Origin: an uncultured Holophagales bacterium | Lineage (GTDB): Bacteria; Acidobacteriota; Thermoanaerobaculia; Multivoradales; UBA5704 | Direction of reading: 5' to 3' | Length of the DNA: 64,000 nt | Assembly: GCA_963842525.1 (NCBI GenBank) | Contig: CAWJGT010000024.1 | Coordinates: 64,001-128,000 of the forward strand | In this document: one piece after another, positions 19,269-29,120 of the stretch | Layout of the letters: each line of letters opens with the position of its first letter | Position numbering within the stretch: the first letter of the stretch is position 1 | Position numbers and translations under genes: made by a program | The notes under the pieces: model-generated | The model's input: only the letters and a program-made list of their open reading frames with translations | Told to the model about the DNA's origin: nothing | The model's database searches: none

Positions 19269-21006
19269 ATGGAGAATCGAACAGCGCCGCTTCACACGCC
19301 CGTGCAGGCTCCCACCGGGATCGCCAAGGCCGCGACCGGGATCGCCGGCCTGGACGAGATCACGGCGGGCGGGCTCCCGGCCGGGCGCCCCACCCTGGTC
19401 TGCGGTAGCGCCGGGTGCGGCAAGACCCTGATGGCCATGGAGTTCCTCGTCCGCGGCGCGACGCAATTCGGTGAGCCGGGCGTCCTCGTCAGCTTCGAGG
19501 AGAGCCCCGAGGAGCTGGCCGCCAACGTGCGCTCCCTCGGTTTCGACGTCGCAGAGCTGGAGCGCCAGGGCAAGCTCGTGATCGAGTACGTGCACGTCGA
19601 GCGCAGCGAGATCGAGGAGACGGGCGAGTACGACCTCGAGGGGCTGTTCATCCGCCTCGGCTACGCCATCGACTCGGTCGGCGCCAAGCGGGTCGTGCTC
19701 GATACCCTGGAGGTCCTTTTCGGGGGACTGCCCAACGAGGGCATCCTGCGGTCCGAGCTGCGCCGGCTGTTCCGCTGGCTCAAGGACAGGGGGGTGACCG
19801 CCGTGATCACCGCCGAGCGCGGCGAAGGGGCGCTGACCCGCCACGGCCTCGAGGAGTATGTCTCCGACTGCGTCATCCTGCTCGACCACCGGGTGACCGA
19901 GCAGCTCGCCACCCGCCGGCTGCGCGTGGTGAAGTACCGCGGCAGCATCCACGGCACCAATGAATACCCGTTCCTGATCGACGAGCGCGGCATCGAGGTG
20001 CTGCCCATCACCTCCCTCGGCCTGACGCACGGGGCGCCCGCCGAGCGGATCCCGACGGGCGTTTCGGGCCTCGACGAGATGCTGGGCGGACAGGGCTTCT
20101 TCCGCGGCAGCAGCGTCCTGGTCTCGGGCCGGGCGGGGACCGGCAAGACCAGCCTGGCCGCCCATTTCGTCGACGCCGCCTGCAGGCGCGGCGAGCGTTG
20201 CATCTATTTCGCCTTCGAGGAGTCGGCGCGCCAGGTCGTCCGCAACATGCGGTCCGTCGGCATCGACCTCCAGCCCTGGCTGGACCAGGGGCTGCTCCGG
20301 TTCCACGCCGCCCGCCCGACGCTGCACGGCCTGGAGCGGCACCTGGTGACGATCTACAAGGAGGTCCGGGACTTCCAGCCGAGGGCGGTGGTGCTCGACC
20401 CGATCACCAACTTCCTCTCCGTGGGCACGTCGGAGGACGTCAAGGCCATGCTGATGCGCCTGGTGGACCTCCTCAAGGCGCACGAGATCACGGGCGTGTT
20501 CAACAGCCTCACCCACGGACTGGACCTGGAGACGACGGACGTCGGTATCTCGTCGATCATGGACGCCTGGCTGCTGGTGCGCGAGGTGGAGACCAACGGA
20601 GAGCGCAACCGGCTGATCAGCGTCATCAAATCGCGCGGCATGGCCCACTCCAACCAGGTGCGCGAGCTGGTGCTCACCAGCGAAGGCGTCCGGTTGGTCG
20701 AGGTCTACCTGGGAGAGGGCGGCGCCCTCACCGGGGCGGCCCGCCTGGCACAGGAAGCGCAGGAGAGGGCGGCCGTCGTGGAGCGTCGCCGGCAGATCGA
20801 GCTGCGGCAGCGGGACCTGGAGCGCAAACGCCAGGCGCTGGAGGCCCGGATCACCGCCCTGCGCCTGGAGTTCGAACGCCGAGCAGGACGAGGCGGAGCG
20901 TATCCTCTCCGAAGAGAGGACGCGGGAGGAACAGCTCCTGGAGGACCGGAGGGACATGGCCAGGATGCGGCGAACCGAAGCTCCCTCCCCGGAGAGGAGG
21001 ACCTGA
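19269..21006 (+). CDS. kaiC: Circadian clock ATPase/kinase KaiC (KaiC2-like, C-terminal coiled coil); +1 frameshift near 20878
   Basis: Two RecA domains ([16 protein letters not shown]), EE pairs, VKYRGS and [15 protein letters not shown] phosphosite segment; the corrected tail ...[10 protein letters not shown]... ends at TGA 21004-21006. Confidence 0.92.
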
Positions 21007-21344
21007 TGATGACGCACGAGAGCGAGAAGAAGGACGTTCAGCCGCCACCCAATCCCGGAACCGAGGGTGAGTTCTGGGACCTGCGCCTCTACGTCGCCGG
21101 CCAGACGCCGAAGTCGGTCGCCGCGCTGGCGAACCTGAGACAATTCTGCGACCAGCACCTGGCCGGCCAGTACCGGATCGAGGTGATCGATCTGGTCGCC
21201 AACCCGCACCTCGCGCGCAGCGACCAGATCCTGGCGATCCCGACCCTGGTGCGCCGCCTGCCGCAGCCGATCCGCAAGATCATCGGCGACCTCTCCAACT
21301 CCGAGCGCGTCCTGGTGGGACTCGACATCCGGCCGCGGGGCTGA
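21006..21344 (+). CDS. kaiB: Circadian clock protein KaiB
   Basis: [12 protein letters not shown]...IEVIDL...[25 protein letters not shown]. Confidence 0.92.
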   Translation: MMTHESEKKDVQPPPNPGTEGEFWDLRLYVAGQTPKSVAALANLRQFCDQHLAGQYRIEVIDLVANPHLARSDQILAIPTLVRRLPQPIRKIIGDLSNSERVLVGLDIRPRG

Positions 21345-21347
21345 GCC

Positions 21348-21683
21348 GTGATGACCGGCGAGCCCCGAGACGTTGCGGCGGGTGAGCGGGTCCCTCCTGC
21401 TGACGGCGAGAGCTTCGCGCTCTGTCTCTACGTGACCGGAGCGACGTCGGGCTCGAGCCGCGCCGTCGCCTGCCTCAAGGGGTTCTGCGAGGAGTACCTG
21501 CAGGGCCACTACGCTCTGGAAGTGATCGACATCTACCAGCAGCCCGACCTTGCCGAAGGGGATCGGATCTTCGCCACGCCGACGTTGATCAAGAAGTTTC
21601 CTTTCCCCCCGCGGCGCCTGGTGGGCGATCTTTCGGACCCGCAGCGGCTGCTGACCGGACTCGGCATGCAGCGCCGGACCTGA
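21348..21683 (+). CDS. kaiB: Second KaiB
   Basis: LCLYVTGAT...LEVIDIYQQP...ATPTLIKKFPFPPRRLVGDLS. Confidence 0.9.
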   Translation: MMTGEPRDVAAGERVPPADGESFALCLYVTGATSGSSRAVACLKGFCEEYLQGHYALEVIDIYQQPDLAEGDRIFATPTLIKKFPFPPRRLVGDLSDPQRLLTGLGMQRRT

Positions 21684-21695
21684 GAGGGACCTGGA

Positions 21696-23813
21696 ATGGC
21701 CGAGACGTCGTACGACCCCAACCTGGAGCTCGAAGACCTCCGCTCCCGCCTCCAGGAGGCCGAGGAGACCTTGCGCGCGATCCGCCATGGCGAGGTGGAC
21801 GCCCTCGTCGTCACGGAGCAGGGGAGCGGCGGCGAGAAGGTCTACACCCTCAAGAGCGCCGACCGGCCGTACCGGCTGATGATCGAAGGGATGCGGCAGG
21901 GCGCGGTCACCCTGACCCGGACGGGGGTCGTCCTGTACTGCAACGCCTGCTTCGCCGGCTTGGTCAAGGCCCCGCTGAGCAGCCTCGCCGGCTCGTCCCT
22001 GCTGCCGGTTCTCGACCTGGCGAGCCAGGCCCTCTTCCAGGCGCTCCTCGCGGAAGGGGAGGGGCAGGCCGAGGTCGAGCTGCGCGCTTCCGACGGTGTC
22101 CGCGTGCCGTCCTACCTCTCCCTGACCACCCTGCCGCTGATCGACGACGAGGAACCCGTTCTCTGCCTCGTGGTGACGGACCTGACGGAGCAGAAGCGCA
22201 ACGAGCAGATCGTCGCCGACGAGAGGCTCACCCGCTCGATCCTGGAAGAGGTCGCCGAGGCCATGGTCGTCTGCGACCGGCAGGGCAGGATCCTGCGGAC
22301 CAGCCGCGAGATCCACCGCCTGAGCGAGAGGCACGTCCTGTACGAGCCCTTCGTCGAGGCCTTCCCGCTGGAGCTTCCGCGACCCCGTGTACCCGGACGT
22401 CGAGTCCTTCCTCTCCCAGCCGCTGGCCGGCCGCCGCGTGCGCGGGCTGGAGGCGAGCCTCTCCGGCCCGGAGCGGCGGCTCGACCTGATCGTCTCGGCG
22501 AGCCCCTTCTGGGGCCCGGAGCAGCGCATCGAGGGCTGCGTCGTCACCTTTATCGACATCACCGAGCGGCGGCAGGCCGAGCGGGAGCTGGAGCGCGCCT
22601 GGGCTGCGGCCGAGGCCATGAACGAGGCGAAGGACCGTTTCCTGGCGACCCTCAGCCACGAGCTGCGCACGCCGCTGACTCCGGTCCTGGCCACCGTCTC
22701 CAGCCTGGAGGCCAGCAGCGACGAGCTCCGCCCCGCCTGCTCGACGACCTGTCGATGATCCGGCGCAATATCGAGCTGGAAGCGCGCCTGATCGACGACC
22801 TCCTGGACCTGACGCGGATCAGCCGGGGCAAGCTCGAGCTGCAGCGCCAGGCGACCGACCTGCGGCAGGTCCTCGAGCACACGATCCGGACCTGCTGCGG
22901 CGAGCACGCCGCCTCCGGCCGGCTCTCCCTGGAGGTCGATCTCGCCAGCTCTGCGGGGACCCTGTGGGCCGATCCTTCCCGCCTGACCCAGGTGTTCTGG
23001 AACCTCCTCAACAACGCGGTCAAGTTCACGCCCGAAGGCGGGCGCATCCAGGTGCGCTCCTGGCGCGACGAGCTGGCGCCGGTGCCCCCGGCGCCCCCGG
23101 AGATCATCGTCGAGGTCTCCGACACGGGTCAGGGGATCGAGGAGGAGCTGCTGCCGCGCATCTTCAACGCCTTCGAGCAGGGGGAGCCAAACTCGGCACG
23201 GCAGGCGGGCCTCGGCCTCGGGCTCGCCATCAGCCGGGCCATCGTCGAGCTGCACGGCGGCGAGATCTCGGCCCGGAGCGGCGGCAGTGGACAAGGCGCC
23301 ACGTTCACCGTCCGTCTGCCGGTCGGCCGCGTGCCGGCGGTGTCCATGCCGGCGACAGAGGTGCCAGGGCTGGAAGCGCTGCCCGCTTCCTCGTCCCAGC
23401 CGTTGCGCCCCTTGCACATCCTGCTCGTCGAGGATCACCAGGACACGGCCCACGCCCTGGGCGAGCTGCTGCGGATCTGCGGGCACCGTGTCTCGATCGC
23501 CGGCAGCGTGACGGAGGCGCTGGCGGAGGTCCGTGGCCCCGCGGCGCAGGACGGAGCGCGCGGCATCGACCTCGTCATCAGCGATCTCGGGCTGCCGGAC
23601 GGCAGCGGGCTGGAGCTGATGCGCGAGCTGTCCAACCGCCACGGCCTGCGCGGGATCGCCCTGAGCGGCTACGGCATGGAGGAGGACGTCCGGAAGAGCC
23701 GCGACGCCGGCTTCCTGATGCACATCACCAAGCCGGTCAACCTCCAGGTGCTGGAGGAGGCGATCCTCCGCACCACGGCCACGTCCGAGGTGACCGCTCC
23801 GTCGCGGTCCTGA
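21696..23813 (+). CDS. Hybrid PAS-PAS histidine kinase/receiver; two compensating frameshifts near 22380 and 22735
   Basis: The H-box FLATLSHELRTPL lies in the alternative frame (ORF 22387..22758); NLLNNAVKFT, GLGLGL, C-terminal receiver (LLVEDH, DLVISD, KP). Confidence 0.88.
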   Translation: MAETSYDPNLELEDLRSRLQEAEETLRAIRHGEVDALVVTEQGSGGEKVYTLKSADRPYRLMIEGMRQGAVTLTRTGVVLYCNACFAGLVKAPLSSLAGSSLLPVLDLASQALFQALLAEGEGQAEVELRASDGVRVPSYLSLTTLPLIDDEEPVLCLVVTDLTEQKRNEQIVADERLTRSILEEVAEAMVVCDRQGRILRTSREIHRLSERHVLYEPFVEAFPLELPRPRVPGRRVLPLPAAGRPPRARAGGEPLRPGAAARPDRLGEPLLGPGAAHRGLRRHLYRHHRAAAGRAGAGARLGCGRGHERGEGPFPGDPQPRAAHAADSGPGHRLQPGGQQRRAPPRLLDDLSMIRRNIELEARLIDDLLDLTRISRGKLELQRQATDLRQVLEHTIRTCCGEHAASGRLSLEVDLASSAGTLWADPSRLTQVFWNLLNNAVKFTPEGGRIQVRSWRDELAPVPPAPPEIIVEVSDTGQGIEEELLPRIFNAFEQGEPNSARQAGLGLGLAISRAIVELHGGEISARSGGSGQGATFTVRLPVGRVPAVSMPATEVPGLEALPASSSQPLRPLHILLVEDHQDTAHALGELLRICGHRVSIAGSVTEALAEVRGPAAQDGARGIDLVISDLGLPDGSGLELMRELSNRHGLRGIALSGYGMEEDVRKSRDAGFLMHITKPVNLQVLEEAILRTTATSEVTAPSRS

Positions 23814-23816
23814 GCC

Positions 23817-23852
23817 CCCTCGATTCCCTCGATTCCCTCGATTCCCTCGATT
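23817..23852. repeat. 9-bp tandem repeat (CCCTCGATT)x4 between convergent genes
   Basis: Four exact copies read directly. Confidence 0.9.
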
Positions 23853-24717
23853 ACCGGCCCGCCTTGCCCGCGCCCCCGCTCAGGACTTTGTTCAGCGACG
23901 CCTCCGGCTTCGTCCAGTCGTTGCTGTCGACGATGCGGCCGATCTCCTTCCCATTGACGTAGACGACCGCGGTCGGCACCCCTTTGACGTTGAGGCGCTG
24001 CACCTCGGGATCCTGCCAGGCCGCGGGCGGCTTCGGCAGGCCAAAGTACTCGAACTGGACCTTGGAGCCCTTGAGCTCGTCCTCGACGCGGAGGAGGTGC
24101 GGCAGGTTCTCCTTGCAGTGGGGGCACCACGAGCCGAAGAAGACCCGCACCCGCACCGGCTGCGCCTGCTTGCGCAACGCCGCGAGCATCTGCGGATTGG
24201 GCTTGTAGACGCTCGCGCCCCGCACGTACTCGGGGCTGTGCGCCTTGAGCTCGGCGGCCTTCTTGAGACCCACCAGCGGCGGCCTGGGGACCAGGCTCGC
24301 CGGCTTGCCCTGGGAGGTGAACGTCACCCTCTCGCCCGTCACCTGGAACTTCCCCTGGGGTGTCAGCGCGGCATCGGCCAGCAGGTCGACCGTGCCGTCC
24401 GGCTTCTTGGCGACTTTCAGGAGGCTGACCGTCTGGACCTTCATCCCGTCCCGCGGTGTCAGCAGGACGGGGGAGGGCAGGGCGGAGCCGATGATCAGGT
24501 AGGCCGGGATGCTGTCGCTGCGGTAGATCTGGGCACCCTGGTCCGCCTGGCCGTTGACCAGGAGCGTGTAATCGCCGGTCGGCGCAAAGCCGCGCAGCAC
24601 GCTGTCGGAGGGGGTCCCCTGCGCGCGGGCAGGGACACCCGGCAGGGCCGCAAGGAGGGCCGGAAGGGCGAGGGCGAGCAGGGCCGCTGCGCGGAGGAAA
24701 GCTCGGTTGTGCGTCAT
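23851..24717 (-). CDS. Exported thioredoxin-family protein
   Basis: Signal peptide; FFGSWCPHC active site; GVPT cis-Pro loop. Confidence 0.85.
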   Translation of the reverse strand: MTHNRAFLRAAALLALALPALLAALPGVPARAQGTPSDSVLRGFAPTGDYTLLVNGQADQGAQIYRSDSIPAYLIIGSALPSPVLLTPRDGMKVQTVSLLKVAKKPDGTVDLLADAALTPQGKFQVTGERVTFTSQGKPASLVPRPPLVGLKKAAELKAHSPEYVRGASVYKPNPQMLAALRKQAQPVRVRVFFGSWCPHCKENLPHLLRVEDELKGSKVQFEYFGLPKPPAAWQDPEVQRLNVKGVPTAVVYVNGKEIGRIVDSNDWTKPEASLNKVLSGGAGKAGR

Positions 24718-25709
24718 GTCGTTGACCTTTCGAAAAGGGAAGCAGCCGCGATCTGAGAGAGAGGCGGCAGGCCGGCATAGGTCTCGGTCACCCGGCCGTC
24801 CTTCACCCGGAAGGCGCGCGGCAGGCGCCGGTAGAGCGGCCGTAGCAGCGCCGCGGGCGTCTCGACCACCGCGAACGCGGGGCCCCGGGTCCAGCGGAAG
24901 GTGAAAAGCTTCTCCGGCGCTGAGGAGCTCAGCATCCAGACCCGCGGACCGCCGGGTTGGCTGGCGTAGGCGTTGAGCGAGTCCATCGCCGTGCCCAGGG
25001 CGGGATCGTCCACGTCCGCGATGATCACCAGGTGCTCGCCCCGCAGCAGGCCGGCGGCGACAGTGCTCAGGCAGACCGGCGGATCGTCGCCGGCGCAGAT
25101 CTCATCGATGCGGACCCCGGGGCGCAGCCGCGTCGCCAGATCGTCCACGGGCAGCTCCGGCGCTTTCCAGGCGAACAGCGCCACGGCGACGGCGGCGAGG
25201 CTGACGGCCGCGGTCCGCACGGGAGGGAAGCGCGTTCCCTGCCGGTCGCGGCCCAGGAAGGCCAGGGCCAGGGGAGGCGCCAGGAGCAGGAGATCCTGCC
25301 AGAAGGCCTCCGCCGGCGTGCGTTGCACCAGGTTGCCGAAACAGCCGCAGCCGGCCTCCTCGCTGCGCAGGCCGTGCGCGGTGAGGTACCAGGCGCGGCC
25401 GGTGAGGAGCAGGAAGAAGGCCACCAGGAGGGCCGTGGGGACGAGCACCCAGAGCCGGCGCACGCCCAGCAGGAGCGCGAGCCCCAGCCCGGCTTCCAGC
25501 GCCAGGGCGATCAGCACCACGGCCTCGGCGGAGAGCAGGACGTCCAGCTTCTCCAGGCGGATCTGCTCCACGAACGAGGCCGGGTCGAGAGCCTTGCCCC
25601 AGACGGCGATCAGGAAGACCATGCCCAGCAGCACGCCGGCGATCGTCCCCACCCAGAAGAAGCGGGGGTGGCGGTCCGAAGCGATGGGGGCGGTGCTGAC
25701 CGATTCCAT
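24714..25709 (-). CDS. MauE/DoxX-family redox membrane protein with C-terminal thioredoxin-like domain
   Basis: TM helices, GK..DP..F, E..LG and CGCFG motifs. Confidence 0.8.
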   Translation of the reverse strand: MESVSTAPIASDRHPRFFWVGTIAGVLLGMVFLIAVWGKALDPASFVEQIRLEKLDVLLSAEAVVLIALALEAGLGLALLLGVRRLWVLVPTALLVAFFLLLTGRAWYLTAHGLRSEEAGCGCFGNLVQRTPAEAFWQDLLLLAPPLALAFLGRDRQGTRFPPVRTAAVSLAAVAVALFAWKAPELPVDDLATRLRPGVRIDEICAGDDPPVCLSTVAAGLLRGEHLVIIADVDDPALGTAMDSLNAYASQPGGPRVWMLSSSAPEKLFTFRWTRGPAFAVVETPAALLRPLYRRLPRAFRVKDGRVTETYAGLPPLSQIAAASLFERSTT

Positions 25710-25806
25710 GGCATTCTCATCGTAAGCGGTGGCTCGCACCGCTGCAACTCGGTGTCCCCAGCCAGAACACGGCGGGGTTCCTTCCTGATTCCCCCTCCTG
25801 CCAACC

Positions 25807-28668
25807 TCACCCCACCGCGGCCATCGCCTCCCGTTCCGGCCAGCGTAGATGGCGCCGCAGCTCGTCGGCGGTGGGGCTTTCGGCGTGGTCCAGGAACGGC
25901 TCGAGCGGGCCGGAGTAGAGGAGCTCGCCGCCGTGCGTGCCGCCGCCGGGGCCCAGGTCGACGATCCAGTCGCAGCGCGCGATCAGGTCCGGGCTGTGCT
26001 CGACCAGCACCACGCCGTCGCCCCGCTGCACCAGCCGGCGCAGCGTGTGGTAGAGGAGGTCGATGTCGGCCAGGTGGAGGCCTGTCGTCGGCTCGTCGAA
26101 GAGGAAGAGCCGCGGCCTCTCCGCGGCCGGCCGGTCGAGGAAGCTCGCCAGCTTGAGCCGTTGCGCCTCGCCGCCCGACAGGGTCGAGGTCGGCTGGCCG
26201 AGCCGCAGGTAGCCGAGCCCGACCTCCGTGAGGACGCGCAGCCGCCGGCAGAGGCGCTTCTGGTCGGCGAAGAAGTCCTGGGCCGCGTCCACCGTCAGCT
26301 CCAGGACCTCGGCGATGTTGCGGCCCTTGACGCGGACGGCCAGCACCTCGGGGCGGAAGCGGTGCCCCTGGCAGGTCTCGCACCGTACGGTCACCGGCGC
26401 CATGAACTGCATGTCGACCTCGGTGATCCCGGTCCCCTCGCAGGTCGGGCAGCGCCCGCGTTCCACGTTGAACGAGAAGTGCGCCGGCGTGATCCGGCGC
26501 GCCCGGGCCTCCGAGGTGCCGGCGAAGATCTTGCGGATCTCGTCGTAGGCCTTGATGTAGGTGATCGGGTTCGACCGGCTCGACCGCCCGAGAGGCCGCT
26601 GGTCGACCAGGGTCACGTCCTCCAGCCCGTCGAGCCCCAGCAGGGCGTCGCACGGGCCGGGCTCGACGTCCACCACCCCGCGCGCCCTCTGGTAGGTACC
26701 GTAGAGGACGTTTTCGACCAGGGTCGACTTGCCCGACCCGGAGACCCCGGTCACGGCCACCAGGGCGCCGAGGGGGAAGTCCACGTCGACGCCCTTGAGG
26801 TTGTGGGCGCGGGCGCCGCGGATGGAGATCTGGGGCAGAGAGGAGATTTCCTGGTCCAGGCTCTCCCAGCCCTGCTCGCGCCGGAAGCGGGCCATGTGCC
26901 GGCGGGCCGGAGTCGGCGGGCGCTCGCGCAGATAGCGGCCGGTCAGCGACTCCTCGCAGGCCAGAATGGCCTCGATCGGGCCCTCGGCCACCACCTGCCC
27001 GCCGCGCTCGCCGGCCGCCGGACCTAAATCGATGACGTGGTCGGCGCCGCGGATGAGCGTCCGGTCGTGCTCCACGACCAGGACCGTGTTGCCCCGCTTC
27101 GCGAGGTCGCGGAGCAGACCGAGGAGGCGCTCGCTGTCCTGGGGGTGGAGACCGATGGTCGGCTCGTCGAGCACGTAGAGGGTGCTGGTCAGTCCGGAGC
27201 CGAGGGCCGCGGCCAGGTGGATGCGCTGCGTCTCACCGCCGGAGAGGGTGCGCGCCTGCCGGTCCAGGGTCAGGTAGTCGAGCCCTACACGGTGGAGCAC
27301 CTCGATGCGCTCGGTCAGCTCGTCGATCAGGTGGCTCGCGACCTCGCGCTGGCGGTCCGTCCACCGCCGCTCGCGCAGCCAGGCGCGGAGCTGCTCGACG
27401 CTCAGCGCCGCCAGCTCGGGCAGGGTCTTCCCCTCCAGCAGGACCGCCAGGGCCTCCGGCTGGAGGCGGGTCCCGCCGCAGTCGGGGCATGGGTTGTAGG
27501 CCCGGTAGCGGGCGAGGAGCACGCGCACGTGGACCTTGTAGGTGCGCCCCTCCAGCCATTCGAAGAACTCGTCCAGGTTACTGAACTTGCCGCCGCCGCT
27601 CCACACCCAGGCGCGGTCCTCCTCCGGCAGCTCGCCCCAGGGGACATCGAGAGCGACACCCCGCTTGCGGCAGGCCTTGAGGAGGTCGTCGTAGAGCTCC
27701 TCGTAGGCCGGCGTGTTCCACGGCGCGATGGGGCGCTCGGAGAGGGTCCGCCGGGGATCGGGGACGACCCGCTCGCGGTCGATGCCGATGACGCGGCCGA
27801 ACCCCTGGCAGGTCGGGCAGGCCCCGAGCGGGGAGTTGAACGAGAAGAGGGCCGGCGTCGGCCGCCGCACGGTCTCGCCGCAGACCGCGCAGGAGAGCTC
27901 GCGGCTGTAGTAGCGGACCCCGCGCGGGCCGCGGGCCTCGACCCGGCCGCCGGTCATCTTCCAGGCCTGCTCGAGCGTGTCGAGGATGCGTGCCGTGGCA
28001 TCGGCGCGAGCCGGGAAGCGGCCGAGGACCAGCGGCAGCGGGTCGAGCCGGGCCGGCCACTTCGTCCCCGGCTCCATGCGGACGACCTCTTCGCCGTCGA
28101 GCCGCCGCTGGAATCCCTGGCGAATCAGCTCGGCCAGGGCCTGGTCGGCTCCCTGGTTGCTCCCCCGGTCGATCCCCTTGGGGGGCCGCGGGAGCCGCAC
28201 CACCAGCAGGAACGGGTCGCCGGCCGCGCCCGCGGCCAGATCGACCGCGGCCTCCTCAGTCGTGAACGTCCGCGCCGGCCCGTGCCCATGCGGGCAGCCC
28301 ACCTCGCCGAGATGGGTGTAGAGGAGGCGCAGGACGTCCATCACCTCGGTGATCGTCCCCACGGTCGAACGGGCGTTGCGCACCGCGTTCTTGGCTTCGA
28401 GGGCCACGGCGGGCAGGATGTTGTCGATGGAGTCGACCGGCGGACGTTCCATCTGGTCGAGGAACTGCCGTGCGTAGGTGGACATCGACTCGACGAACCG
28501 CCGCTGCCCTTCGGCAAAGACGGTGTCGAAAGCGAGGGAGGACTTGCCGGCTCCGGACGGACCGGTCACCACGGTGACCGCCCGGTGGGGAATCCGGCAA
28601 CTGATCCCTTTCAGGTTGTGCGTACGGGCACGTTCGACGAGGATGGACGGCGTCTTCGACATCTGCAA
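25807..28668 (-). CDS. uvrA: Excinuclease ABC subunit A (UvrA or UvrA paralog)
   Basis: HNLK, GPSGAGKSSLAFDT, LFSFNSPLGACPTC, LSGGETQRI, GVSGSGKSTL, FSFN..GRC, LSGGEAQRLKLA. Confidence 0.9.
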   Translation of the reverse strand: MQMSKTPSILVERARTHNLKGISCRIPHRAVTVVTGPSGAGKSSLAFDTVFAEGQRRFVESMSTYARQFLDQMERPPVDSIDNILPAVALEAKNAVRNARSTVGTITEVMDVLRLLYTHLGEVGCPHGHGPARTFTTEEAAVDLAAGAAGDPFLLVVRLPRPPKGIDRGSNQGADQALAELIRQGFQRRLDGEEVVRMEPGTKWPARLDPLPLVLGRFPARADATARILDTLEQAWKMTGGRVEARGPRGVRYYSRELSCAVCGETVRRPTPALFSFNSPLGACPTCQGFGRVIGIDRERVVPDPRRTLSERPIAPWNTPAYEELYDDLLKACRKRGVALDVPWGELPEEDRAWVWSGGGKFSNLDEFFEWLEGRTYKVHVRVLLARYRAYNPCPDCGGTRLQPEALAVLLEGKTLPELAALSVEQLRAWLRERRWTDRQREVASHLIDELTERIEVLHRVGLDYLTLDRQARTLSGGETQRIHLAAALGSGLTSTLYVLDEPTIGLHPQDSERLLGLLRDLAKRGNTVLVVEHDRTLIRGADHVIDLGPAAGERGGQVVAEGPIEAILACEESLTGRYLRERPPTPARRHMARFRREQGWESLDQEISSLPQISIRGARAHNLKGVDVDFPLGALVAVTGVSGSGKSTLVENVLYGTYQRARGVVDVEPGPCDALLGLDGLEDVTLVDQRPLGRSSRSNPITYIKAYDEIRKIFAGTSEARARRITPAHFSFNVERGRCPTCEGTGITEVDMQFMAPVTVRCETCQGHRFRPEVLAVRVKGRNIAEVLELTVDAAQDFFADQKRLCRRLRVLTEVGLGYLRLGQPTSTLSGGEAQRLKLASFLDRPAAERPRLFLFDEPTTGLHLADIDLLYHTLRRLVQRGDGVVLVEHSPDLIARCDWIVDLGPGGGTHGGELLYSGPLEPFLDHAESPTADELRRHLRWPEREAMAAVG

Positions 28669-28777
28669 CCGCGACCAGGGAATCTCAACGTGGGTTTGCC
28701 AGGGGTCATTCCACCGCGTCCTCGGAGAACGCGGAGCGGACTATCATACCTCACCCTTGGCCCCTCTCCCGGCGGGG

Positions 28778-29050
28778 GCCGGATCACCACCAGCGGGCCC
28801 TCTCCCCCCTACTTTGCCGGATGAGCACGCGCGACGTCGTCCGCCTGGAGATCGAGGAGCTGGAGCGCCGGACCGCGCTGGAACGCCGATCCCGAGGACC
28901 TGCACGCACCCCTCCACTCGAGCGAGGGATTTCACGACCTCCTTGTCCCGGGCGTCAGCCAAGACACCAGAGAGCGCTCGTCTGGCAGCGCCTGGCCGCA
29001 GCTGACGGGGAGGATGGCGGGGACGAGTTCCGCCAAGCCTTCGGACGGTA
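28778..29050. pseudogene. Scrambled relic of gas-vesicle gvpL/F and gvpK
   Basis: 28778-28880 (+) reads RITTSGPSPPYFAG* overlapping MSTRDVVRLEIEELE, matching the minus-strand gvpL/gvpK junction near 35860-35960; 28901-29050 is a degenerate same-orientation copy of 36251-36400. Confidence 0.8.
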
Positions 29051-29120
29051 ACGGTATATAATCAACGCTGATTCCCGGTCTATGGGGTGCACCCGCCGAG
29101 ATGTCACCAGGAGAGTCGAG

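Noticed and set aside
19134-21344. Apparent 736-aa KaiC-KaiB fusion in the ORF track
   Set aside because: One extra base near 20878 explains it; the shifted frame gives a clean coiled-coil tail ending at TGA 21004-21006 that overlaps the kaiB ATG
19233-23723. Very long antisense ORFs (1496 aa here; also 58928..62305, 37556..39877 and others)
   Set aside because: Shadow frames of real high-GC genes on the opposite strand; no motifs of their own
28749-28778. REP-like CCTCACCC..GGCCCCTCTCCC element
   Set aside because: Only a half element with no complementary arm; it cannot be supported from a single copy
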